From: an uncultured Alphaproteobacteria bacterium
Lineage (GTDB): Bacteria; Pseudomonadota; Alphaproteobacteria; RF32; CAG-239
Length of the DNA stretch: 64,000 nucleotides
NCBI GenBank assembly: GCA_944390915.1
Contig: CALXRS010000004.1
Span: 269-64,268, forward strand
Direction: 5' to 3'
Each line of letters opens with the position of its first letter. Within the stretch, counting starts at the first letter, position 1. A model generated the notes under the pieces. It searched no databases. It was not told the origin of the DNA and saw nothing but the letters and a program-made list of their open reading frames with translations. A program made the translations under genes and the position numbers. This document shows positions 39,244 to 46,861 of the stretch, piece by piece.

Positions 39244-40290
39244 ATGGAAAAATGTTTTGTTTTGCTGCGGGCATATAATGTTGAACAATATATAAAAAAA
39301 GCAATAGATTCGGTTTTGAAGCAAGATTATCCGAATGTAGAACTGCTTGTTCTCGATGACGGCTCGACGGACAGAACGGCGGAGATCGTTTGCGGTTACG
39401 ATAATCCGAAAATACGTTATACCCGCTGCGAAAACAAAGGACCGGCCGGTGCTTTCCGCGTTATTGCGGCGGAAACTCTCCGGCGCGCCGATAAAAACGA
39501 CTACATTTTTTCTTTGGACGGCGACGATTTTTATACCAGAGAAGACGCTCTTTCCGGTACCGTTAAAAGAATGAAGGCGCTTGATGCCAACTTGTGCATT
39601 ATCGGCATGGAATTCAGCGGCGATAAGAACTTTGTGTTGCAACCGAATGCCGGTAAGAAGCATAATGATACGGTGAAAAAGCTGGCCGCCAGAAATCGGG
39701 CGGAAAACATTATGACGGCACCGTTCATAATTGACGCCGACACCGCCTTGTGCAGCAAAGTATATCGCCGGGATATGTTTGCAAAATATATCAATCTGCT
39801 GCCGGAGTTTGCGCCGGATTTGAAAGTTTGCGAAGATTTTCCGACAACGGTTGCGCTGTTGATGAAAGATGCTCGGGTAACCGCCAATCCGGATATTTTT
39901 TACGGCTATTACAAACACGGCGGCAGCGTTACCTCCAAGCCGAAAGTGGCCGATTTCGAGCGGGACAGAATCCAGTTTTTGAAAATAACGCAACAGCTTG
40001 TTGCGCAGAATCCGCAAGAGTTTTTTGCGGTTGCTCCCTGCTTTGTCAACAAGTTCATCAGAGCAAAGTATGAGATTATCTCGGGTATTGTCGACAATAA
40101 GGTCAAAAACGGCGCTTTGCCGGCCGACTACAGCAAAAAACAGTTTCAGGAGACATTCCGTCGCGAGATAAATCTTGATTTTCTGAAATCGACCGAGACG
40201 GAAAAGACGGCAGACGACCAGCCGGTCAATCGGGCGGATCAAAAGACTTTGCCGTCGAAAATGGCAACCTCCGGCAGGGAGCCGTATTAA
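39244..40290 (+). CDS. Family 2 glycosyltransferase
   Basis: AYNVEQYI, DDGSTD, LDGDD, ED motif. Confidence 0.9.
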   Translation: MEKCFVLLRAYNVEQYIKKAIDSVLKQDYPNVELLVLDDGSTDRTAEIVCGYDNPKIRYTRCENKGPAGAFRVIAAETLRRADKNDYIFSLDGDDFYTREDALSGTVKRMKALDANLCIIGMEFSGDKNFVLQPNAGKKHNDTVKKLAARNRAENIMTAPFIIDADTALCSKVYRRDMFAKYINLLPEFAPDLKVCEDFPTTVALLMKDARVTANPDIFYGYYKHGGSVTSKPKVADFERDRIQFLKITQQLVAQNPQEFFAVAPCFVNKFIRAKYEIISGIVDNKVKNGALPADYSKKQFQETFRREINLDFLKSTETEKTADDQPVNRADQKTLPSKMATSGREPY

Positions 40291-40294
40291 AAAC

Positions 40295-40939
40295 TTAGAA
40301 CAACGATTTGTCGGCCAGCGAGTAATAGCGCTTGCGGATGCATTCCAGACAGGTTTTGTGCACGCCTTTGGTCAGTTCGTAAATGATAAAACGGCCGTCG
40401 CGGCGGGCGGTGACAAAGCCGTCGTCGCGCAGACGTTTCAGGTATTGCGAAACCTTGACCTGTTCGCCGTCGATGCCGGCAATGATGTCGCCGACGTTTT
40501 GCGGGCCGTTTATAAGCAGATATTCCAAGATACGCATTTTGTCGTAGTTGGCAAAGAGCTTGATACGGTTGGCCGTCATCATCGTGTAGTCGGCGGGCAG
40601 CAGCGCTTTGCAGCCTTCGCGCAGATATTTGAAGTCGTCGGTCATATAGCCGTAAAGCTTGCGCAGGCACACAAAAATACTTGCCGGATATTCTTCGCAG
40701 ATTTCGTAATAGATAAAGATTCCCCGGCGGACGGTTTTGACCAGATTGGCATCGCGCATTTTGCGCAGGCTTTGCGACACCATAACCTGTTCCGCGCCGA
40801 GGGCTTTGGTAATGGCGGAAACGGAAGCGCTGCCGTTGACATCCAGATATTCCAGAATATGCAGTCGGAGCGGATGGGCAATGTATGAAATGCCGCGGAC
40901 GGCTTTTTTCATGACTTCGACGGGGAGTTGCTGTTCCAT
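40295..40939 (-). CDS. Tandem two-domain ArsR/SmtB family regulator
   Basis: Two wHTH copies: HPLRLHILEYL..VSQSLRKMRDANLVKTVRRGIFIYY and DKMRILEYL..VSQYLKRLRDDGFVTARRDGRFIIY. Confidence 0.9.
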   Translation of the reverse strand: MEQQLPVEVMKKAVRGISYIAHPLRLHILEYLDVNGSASVSAITKALGAEQVMVSQSLRKMRDANLVKTVRRGIFIYYEICEEYPASIFVCLRKLYGYMTDDFKYLREGCKALLPADYTMMTANRIKLFANYDKMRILEYLLINGPQNVGDIIAGIDGEQVKVSQYLKRLRDDGFVTARRDGRFIIYELTKGVHKTCLECIRKRYYSLADKSLF

Positions 40940-41001
40940 GGCTTTGTTCCCGATAAAAAATACAAATTTCCGGCCGGAAAATTTTTATCCCGGCCGGGAG
41001 G

Positions 41002-41382
41002 TTATTTCAAATACGGCTGCACATATTCGTCAAACAGACGCGGGCTTTCTTTTTCCGACCAGCCCATCAGATATTTGTCGCCCATGCAGAAAAGCGGCGT
41101 GCCGACACTGCGGCCGAGCTCAAATTTTTCTGCGCACTTGACCAGCAGTTCATAGCCGCCGGGGTTGTGGATGTTAATTATCGCCATTTCCAGCGACGGG
41201 TATTTGGCGTTGATGTAGTCCATTGCCTGATGGCAGAAACGGCATTCGTTGTAGTAGAAAAAGTAGATTTTATTATCTGCCAGTTCTTCAGACGTCGGTT
41301 CGGCGGCGTCTGCCGCGGAACGGTTGTCGCAACCGGCGGTGAAAAAAGCGGCCAACAGCAGCAGGGCTAAAAATTTGCGCAT
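41002..41382 (-). CDS. Thioredoxin/glutaredoxin-like lipoprotein
   Basis: Lipobox FTAGC; FFYYNECRFCH (CxxC); GTP cis-Pro loop. Confidence 0.8.
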   Translation of the reverse strand: MRKFLALLLLAAFFTAGCDNRSAADAAEPTSEELADNKIYFFYYNECRFCHQAMDYINAKYPSLEMAIINIHNPGGYELLVKCAEKFELGRSVGTPLFCMGDKYLMGWSEKESPRLFDEYVQPYLK

Positions 41383-41395
41383 GTTCTTTTCTCCT

Positions 41396-42043
41396 TTATT
41401 CTATGCAGCAGTCTACGGCCTTGCGGACAAAAGCCTTCAGTTTGGCAAGGGTTGTTTTCGGCGCTTCCGCGTTATCTTCGTTTTCCGGAGTTTCCGCCGC
41501 CGCGTCCGCGCTTTTTTCCGCTTTGGCGTCGGTTGTTTTAACGTTGTCGGCCGCGCTCAGGCTCTCGGTCAGTTTTTTGACGTCGTCGTAGCTTTCTTCT
41601 ATCCATTTGACGTCTTCCAGATTGAGCAGTTTCATGTTTAAGCCCCAGAACAGGCAATAAAGTTCATAAGACTGGTCAAACAAATCGTAGGCTTCCTGCC
41701 GGTGGCCGAGGCTTTGTTGTTTGGTGCCCACTTCCATCAGCCGCATGGAGGCCGACAGCAGATGTTTGGAAATGCACCATACCTCGCCCTCGTATTCGGG
41801 AATAACTTTCTGCATCAGGCGTTTTCTGGTTTCGCGCACCTGTTCGATGAGGTCATAATAAGACGTTTTGCCGGTTTTGGCGCCGGAAAACATCAAATGT
41901 TCCTCTATCGAAATCAGGTTCATGATGCCGATGGTCAAATCCTGATCCGAAGACAGATCTTTGGGATTTACCTTTTTGGCGGAATCGATTTTTTCCACAT
42001 AATCTTTGACGTTTTTTATTTTTTTCATGGTCAAATTCTCCAT
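41396..42043 (-). CDS. Hypothetical helical protein with C-terminal CC motif
   Basis: NLISIEEH, GEVWCISKHLL, ends VDCCIE; co-oriented in operon. Confidence 0.8.
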   Translation of the reverse strand: MENLTMKKIKNVKDYVEKIDSAKKVNPKDLSSDQDLTIGIMNLISIEEHLMFSGAKTGKTSYYDLIEQVRETRKRLMQKVIPEYEGEVWCISKHLLSASMRLMEVGTKQQSLGHRQEAYDLFDQSYELYCLFWGLNMKLLNLEDVKWIEESYDDVKKLTESLSAADNVKTTDAKAEKSADAAAETPENEDNAEAPKTTLAKLKAFVRKAVDCCIE

Positions 42044-42051
42044 TTTGACGG

Positions 42052-42555
42052 TTACAGGGGGTAGTAGTTGACATAGGCGCTGGCAACGCCGAGCAAAACC
42101 AGCGGCAGCACGACTTTTTCAAACGGAAAATGGGCGTGCCCGCCGTTTTTTCTTTTCATCCATTGATAAAATTTTTGGGAGCAGACGAAAATGACGGCGC
42201 CGGCCAGGGCTGACAGCAAAAACGGATCGATGTATAAAAAGCCGATGATTTTCGGCATGTAAGGCAGCATGCCGAGATATACAAAACCTATCATGGCAAC
42301 GCTTGTTGCCACCAGCAGGAAATCGCGCCCCGGAAATTGCCAGTTCCTTTTTTCGAACCATGCTACCGCCCAATAGCCGAGGATGGCAAGCATGGCGCCG
42401 GCCCACAGGGCGACGACGTTGTCGCTGATGCCGAGCCGCCGGGATATTTCCAGCGAGGCGCCGATGGCCACCGTGCATACCACGCAGGCGGGGTTGGCCA
42501 AAGCGGCGAAAGGCAGGAACAGCAGCCCGAAAAATGAGAGTATTGCTTTTTTCAT
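42052..42555 (-). CDS. Hypothetical membrane protein with N-terminal CxxC
   Basis: Signal-like N-terminus ending AALA, then NPACVVC, then 4-5 TM segments. Confidence 0.8.
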   Translation of the reverse strand: MKKAILSFFGLLFLPFAALANPACVVCTVAIGASLEISRRLGISDNVVALWAGAMLAILGYWAVAWFEKRNWQFPGRDFLLVATSVAMIGFVYLGMLPYMPKIIGFLYIDPFLLSALAGAVIFVCSQKFYQWMKRKNGGHAHFPFEKVVLPLVLLGVASAYVNYYPL

Positions 42556-42570
42556 TATATGTACCTTTCA

Positions 42571-42622
42571 ATATATAACAATATTTATATATATGTATAT
42601 TGCTATATATTATTATTGTCAA
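42571..42622 (-). promoter_or_regulatory. Promoter overlapped by a double ArsR-like operator
   Basis: Minus-strand TTGACA at 42617-42622; quasi-palindrome 42571-42610 (atatataacaatat...atattgctatatat). Confidence 0.6.
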
Positions 42623-42720
42623 GTATGAAAATAAAGTTTCGGTGTGCTTGTTTTAATAAATGGTAAGAATTAGATGCTATAATAAACTATCTGTCTTTAG
42701 TTTTTGAGGAGAATTTGACA

Positions 42721-43350
42721 ATGAAAATTGTTATTTATATTGTGTTGGCGGCAGCGGTTGCCGCAGCGGCTGCCGGCTGGGGGCATCTGGCCAGAGTGGC
42801 CGCAAAAAACAAAAAAGAGATGGCGCAATATGCCGGCGAGGAGGAAAAAGTGACCGCCAACTTCGGCAAAACGCTGGTGATTTATTATTCGCTGACCGGA
42901 CACACCCGTGCAATTGCCGAAAAAATTGCCGTCAAAACAGGAGCGGATGTCTATGAAATAAAAACAAAAGAAAAGTTAAATGGCAAACCGTGGTTTTATC
43001 TTACTCTGAAAAAACAGTTGAAAGATAAAAAATATCCGGAGCTGGCCGGTTATATGCCCGATTTGTCCGTGTATGACACTGTTTTCGTCGGTGCCCCCGT
43101 ATGGTGGTATACAATGGCTACGCCGCTTTATGCCTTTTTACAGCAGGCCGATTTTGCCGGCAAAAAGGTTGTGCCGTTTTCCACTCAGGGCAGCAATGTC
43201 GGAACCTATTTTGACGATTTTGCCGGAGAAGCACACAATGCCGAGATTTTGCAAGGCGCGTCTTTCAACAATCTGCCGGCGGAATACGCGCGGGCGGAAG
43301 ACAATAAAGTCAGCCGCTGGCTTAATTCAATCGGCGGTGTTGCCGAATAA
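42721..43350 (+). CDS. Flavodoxin (flavodoxin_4 type) with N-terminal signal/anchor
   Basis: YYSLTGHTRAIA, VFVGAPVWW, PFSTQGS. Confidence 0.85.
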   Translation: MKIVIYIVLAAAVAAAAAGWGHLARVAAKNKKEMAQYAGEEEKVTANFGKTLVIYYSLTGHTRAIAEKIAVKTGADVYEIKTKEKLNGKPWFYLTLKKQLKDKKYPELAGYMPDLSVYDTVFVGAPVWWYTMATPLYAFLQQADFAGKKVVPFSTQGSNVGTYFDDFAGEAHNAEILQGASFNNLPAEYARAEDNKVSRWLNSIGGVAE

Positions 43351-43543
43351 TATCGGAGAACAACGCTTATTTGCGGATATTTTCGTATACTATCGAATAA
43401 ATATTGCTTTTTAAGTAAAGCAAAAAGTTTTTTTGAAAGCCGGCGGAATATTATTTGTCGAAACTTGACAAAATTTGTTTTGACAGCTCAGCCGACCCGT
43501 GCTATATCTGAAAAAGGTTATCTATCATTAAATTTACTATTAT

Positions 43544-44236
43544 ATGAAACTGTTTATTTTAGGATGGGACAATGCGCTTGTCTCCGATGTTGTCAAAACA
43601 AAAATTCACCCGGCATACACGGCCGCGCTTTCGGCAACCGCACCGGTTTTTGCCAAACGTTGGACATTCAAAGACAGCGTTCGTATGCAGGGTCAACAAA
43701 CCGCGTTGATATGGGAAAGTTTCGATTTGCTGCTGGGAAAGGAAAACGGCCGGCGGGCAAAAGAAATTTTTTATGAAACTTATCGAAGTTTTCCTGCTCC
43801 CGAACCGGTTAAAAATGCCGTTGAACTGTTGCGGCATTTTAAGAAAATCGGCGGCCATACGGTTGTCGTTTCCAACAAAAGTCGGGATCTTTTGGAGCAG
43901 GAAGCAAAGGCTTGCGGCATGAGCGATTTTGTTGATGAATTCATCGGTTCGTCGGCAGAGTTTTGCGGCAAAATGGAAAAAAGCATTGCCGACAATCGGT
44001 TTTACAGCCGGATTGCGCTGTTGCGCGAAGCCATGAAAAGTTTTCCGAACGCCGAAGCCGCGTTGGTTGTTGCCTCTTCGGGCTATGCCCGCGCCGCCTA
44101 TGCTTTGGGATTGCCGTATGAGGAAGCATCGCCGGCAATTTTTGACTGGCTTTTGACCAGAGAAAAAGCGCCCGAACCTTCCGTTTCCCATGCTAAAGAC
44201 GGAGATTTTTACGATTTGTGGGACGACACCCTGTAG
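43544..44236 (+). CDS. HAD-like hydrolase fold protein, catalytic Asp absent
   Basis: ILGWDNALV in place of FDWDxTL; VVSNK motif II intact; motif IV degenerate. Confidence 0.7.
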   Translation: MKLFILGWDNALVSDVVKTKIHPAYTAALSATAPVFAKRWTFKDSVRMQGQQTALIWESFDLLLGKENGRRAKEIFYETYRSFPAPEPVKNAVELLRHFKKIGGHTVVVSNKSRDLLEQEAKACGMSDFVDEFIGSSAEFCGKMEKSIADNRFYSRIALLREAMKSFPNAEAALVVASSGYARAAYALGLPYEEASPAIFDWLLTREKAPEPSVSHAKDGDFYDLWDDTL

Positions 44237-44292
44237 TTTTCATCTCTGTCTGCCGAAAAAAACAGATCGATAAAAGATTGTTTTTGTAACCG

Positions 44293-44323
44293 GAAAACCA
44301 CGCGCTCCGAGCGCGTGGTTTTC
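44293..44323. terminator. Bidirectional terminator
   Basis: gaaaaccacgcgct-ccg-agcgcgtggttttc. Confidence 0.8.
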
Positions 44324-44344
44324 GTTTGTTTGAGTTGCTTAAAA

Positions 44345-44800
44345 TTATTTGGCGGGAGCACCCCATTGGTTGTTTTTTTCTTCTCCCGGCATGGCAAACC
44401 AGATAAGCAAAGCCAACGCGCCGACAACCGGCACAACGCCGATGAGAATCCAAAACCACGGTTGACCGAGATCATGGATGCGCCGCACGGAAAGCTCTAT
44501 CATCGGCAACAGCATGGCAAGAGAAAAAACGATACCGAGAAATCCGGCAAAGATGAGGTGGTCTAAAATGGTTATGACCAAACCGACCAGAAAAACAAAC
44601 AAAGAAAAATACCAATATTGAGCGCGACTGCAACGGTTGCCGAAATTGATGTCCGTGTACAGGTTTTTGATGAGGTTAACAAAATAGCGTTCAAAACCCT
44701 GTTTGTTTAAGACGGGTTTGATATGTTTTTCAAAACCTTTTTTGGAAAACAGGGGAACAATTTGTGTGAGTATGACGTTTTTGATATAATCGATGTTCAT
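44345..44800 (-). CDS. DUF805 family membrane protein
   Basis: RCSRAQYWYF, SVRRIHDLG, PG...NQWG. Confidence 0.9.
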   Translation of the reverse strand: MNIDYIKNVILTQIVPLFSKKGFEKHIKPVLNKQGFERYFVNLIKNLYTDINFGNRCSRAQYWYFSLFVFLVGLVITILDHLIFAGFLGIVFSLAMLLPMIELSVRRIHDLGQPWFWILIGVVPVVGALALLIWFAMPGEEKNNQWGAPAK

Positions 44801-44892
44801 CGGAAAATCCTTTTATTTTGAAAGTTTGCACCAATAATAAAATGAACCGTAATCCTTAAATAATCCTTAAAAACCGGCGGTCGCCGCGAATT

Positions 44893-45342
44893 TTACTCTA
44901 CCAGCCACTCTTCCGATCTGGCAAACAGATTTTTGCAGGCTTCAAGGGTGAAAGAGCAGTCAAACAAATAGTTGCCGAAGCTGTCGTGGTAGGTGGTAAC
45001 GACGACAAGGCCGGCGTCAAACATGGGTTTTGAACCTTCGCACATGGCGGGCATCAGCTGTCGGCAGCCGAAATCCTGCAGGCCGGCAACGGTTGTTTGC
45101 CGTTCTTCTTCGTCCCAGTCGGCAGAGTTGGCTTCGACAATATAGGTATAATTGATGGTATTCTTGTTGCGTTTGATGTCTGCCCAGGTAATGCCGGAGG
45201 CAAAATCGGCCGGCAGGGAAGAGCGCATATCTTCCAGTTTGCTGTCGATTTCATCCATGCTCAGACGGGCGGGTTCTTTTTCCTGCGCATGACACGGAAA
45301 AACAAAAAAAACAGCCGCCAACATCATCACTATATTTTTCAT
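44893..45342 (-). CDS. Hypothetical exported protein
   Basis: Signal peptide (PCHA|Q), four Cys in mature part; loose resemblance to AspS/PA3611-like small periplasmic proteins. Confidence 0.65.
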   Translation of the reverse strand: MKNIVMMLAAVFFVFPCHAQEKEPARLSMDEIDSKLEDMRSSLPADFASGITWADIKRNKNTINYTYIVEANSADWDEEERQTTVAGLQDFGCRQLMPAMCEGSKPMFDAGLVVVTTYHDSFGNYLFDCSFTLEACKNLFARSEEWLVE

Positions 45343-45502
45343 ACGCGTGCCTCTTAATTATTTATAAATACAGATAGAGAATAACGCAAAAAAAATGCAA
45401 GTGCAATATTATCATGAATAAAAAAACAAACAATAAAAAATCCCCCGGGCGCGGTTTGCGTGCGCAGGGGGGATATTTTCAAGAAAAATTTAACCGAAAA
45501 AA

Positions 45503-45964
45503 CTAACCGGGATAAAGCCCTTTGCGTTCGGGTTCGCCGCAGACGCAGATGGTGTGCGCCGTGCTGCAGTCGTCCAAGAGGGTGCTTTGCGAAACCAGAG
45601 TGTGAACGCTGGCGTCGGTGAAGTCTACCGCGTAGTTGAATACGGTCAGCCCTCTGCCGAGCAGAGAATCGGAAGACCATGGACAGAGGTTTCTGCTGAT
45701 GGGTTCCTGACCGATGGCTTTGCGGATTTCGTTGATTTCGTCCAGATGGAACAGGATGAAAAACAACGTTTTGACCGAAGGCATGTTGCCGCCGTGTTCG
45801 CCTGCCCAGTTGTAGGCTTTGCGGTATATCTTCCTTTTCGGCGATACGTCCAGCAGAACTATGTCGTCATAAAGACAGATACCTCTTACGTCCTGGATGT
45901 TTTTCGGTACGGAGGAAACGATCGTTCCGTCGTTCAGCTTAAATTTTCCCAATGTGTTTTGCAT
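45503..45964 (-). CDS. Hypothetical protein, DUF1566/C-type-lectin-fold-like
   Basis: AYNWA..HGGNMPSVKTL, EINE, PWSS, YAVDFTD, TICV pattern. Confidence 0.5.
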   Translation of the reverse strand: MQNTLGKFKLNDGTIVSSVPKNIQDVRGICLYDDIVLLDVSPKRKIYRKAYNWAGEHGGNMPSVKTLFFILFHLDEINEIRKAIGQEPISRNLCPWSSDSLLGRGLTVFNYAVDFTDASVHTLVSQSTLLDDCSTAHTICVCGEPERKGLYPG

Positions 45965-46035
45965 AAATAAAAAGATTTTAATTTGTGAATAATATTTTTG
46001 TCTAAAATTAAATATAACTCATTAAAAAGGAATAG

Positions 46036-46680
46036 TCAAGTATTGTTCGGCACGGCGGCAAAAAGCCCCGGCGCCGCCGTGAGTTCGCCGAGAAAGGGCA
46101 GGGTGCGTTCCGTCACATTGGCCGGATAATGGACAAAGTCGCGCATGTCAAAGCGCCATTCCAACTGCAAAATCCGCGGGACGGGGAAAAGCCTGCCGAG
46201 ATCGCCGGTCAGGCCGCGGCGGCCGGTGTAATCCGGATGGTTGACAACCCATCGCAGGCGGTATTTTTCCGCCAGACTGCCGATGAGTTCAAGCTCAAAG
46301 GCAAAATCTTCTTTCGGCAAAACGCCGGTGCCGACGGCCAGTTCAAATTCGCGGCCGGCGTTCATGCCGTGGATGTCAAGAAAGGCATGATGCTCCAGCC
46401 CGCGGGCGATGATAAAATCGGTTATCGGGTTTTCTTTTTTGGTGAACCGACGGCGGGTGATGACGCTTAATCCGTTGGCGTCGGCGGCAAATTCGGTCAG
46501 CGCGCCGGTGTATATGTCCTGCAGTTTTTCCCGCCCGTCGCGGAATATGCGCACCGCGTGCGGGGCTGTCAAAATCAGCCGGCTGCCGCGGTCTTGGCGG
46601 AAAAACACGGCGCCGCTGCCTGCGCCGCGGTAGTTGTTTAAGGCGTATGGCTGTTCGTATTGCCGCAGTCGTTCAAGCAT
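46036..46680 (-). CDS. Hypothetical zinc-dependent hydrolase-like protein (N-formylglutamate amidohydrolase-like)
   Basis: ILTAPHA, DIYTG, FLDIHGM, LQLE motifs; RBS ggag before MLERLR. Confidence 0.55.
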   Translation of the reverse strand: MLERLRQYEQPYALNNYRGAGSGAVFFRQDRGSRLILTAPHAVRIFRDGREKLQDIYTGALTEFAADANGLSVITRRRFTKKENPITDFIIARGLEHHAFLDIHGMNAGREFELAVGTGVLPKEDFAFELELIGSLAEKYRLRWVVNHPDYTGRRGLTGDLGRLFPVPRILQLEWRFDMRDFVHYPANVTERTLPFLGELTAAPGLFAAVPNNT

Positions 46681-46726
46681 TTTATTCTCCTTGCCGAAGG
46701 CTATTGTAAACCGTCGGCAGAAAAAA

Positions 46727-46756
46727 TTATCCCCGTTATTCACAGCCTGTGGATAA
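46727..46756. promoter_or_regulatory. Cluster of DnaA boxes upstream of dnaB
   Basis: TTATCCCCG (46727), TTATTCACA (46736), TGTGGATAA (46748, perfect reverse box). Confidence 0.75.
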
Positions 46757-46861
46757 CTTTACGGGCGGCAAAAAGCGGGGGGCAAACGGAAGAATGTGAT
46801 TGTCTTGAAGATAATTTCTGTTACAACAGAGCAACAGGAAAAACGACTATGGAGAAAATTG

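Noticed and set aside
46681-46861. Chromosomal replication origin
   Set aside because: Only three boxes, a short spacer and no clear AT-rich unwinding element; kept only as a regulatory DnaA-box cluster
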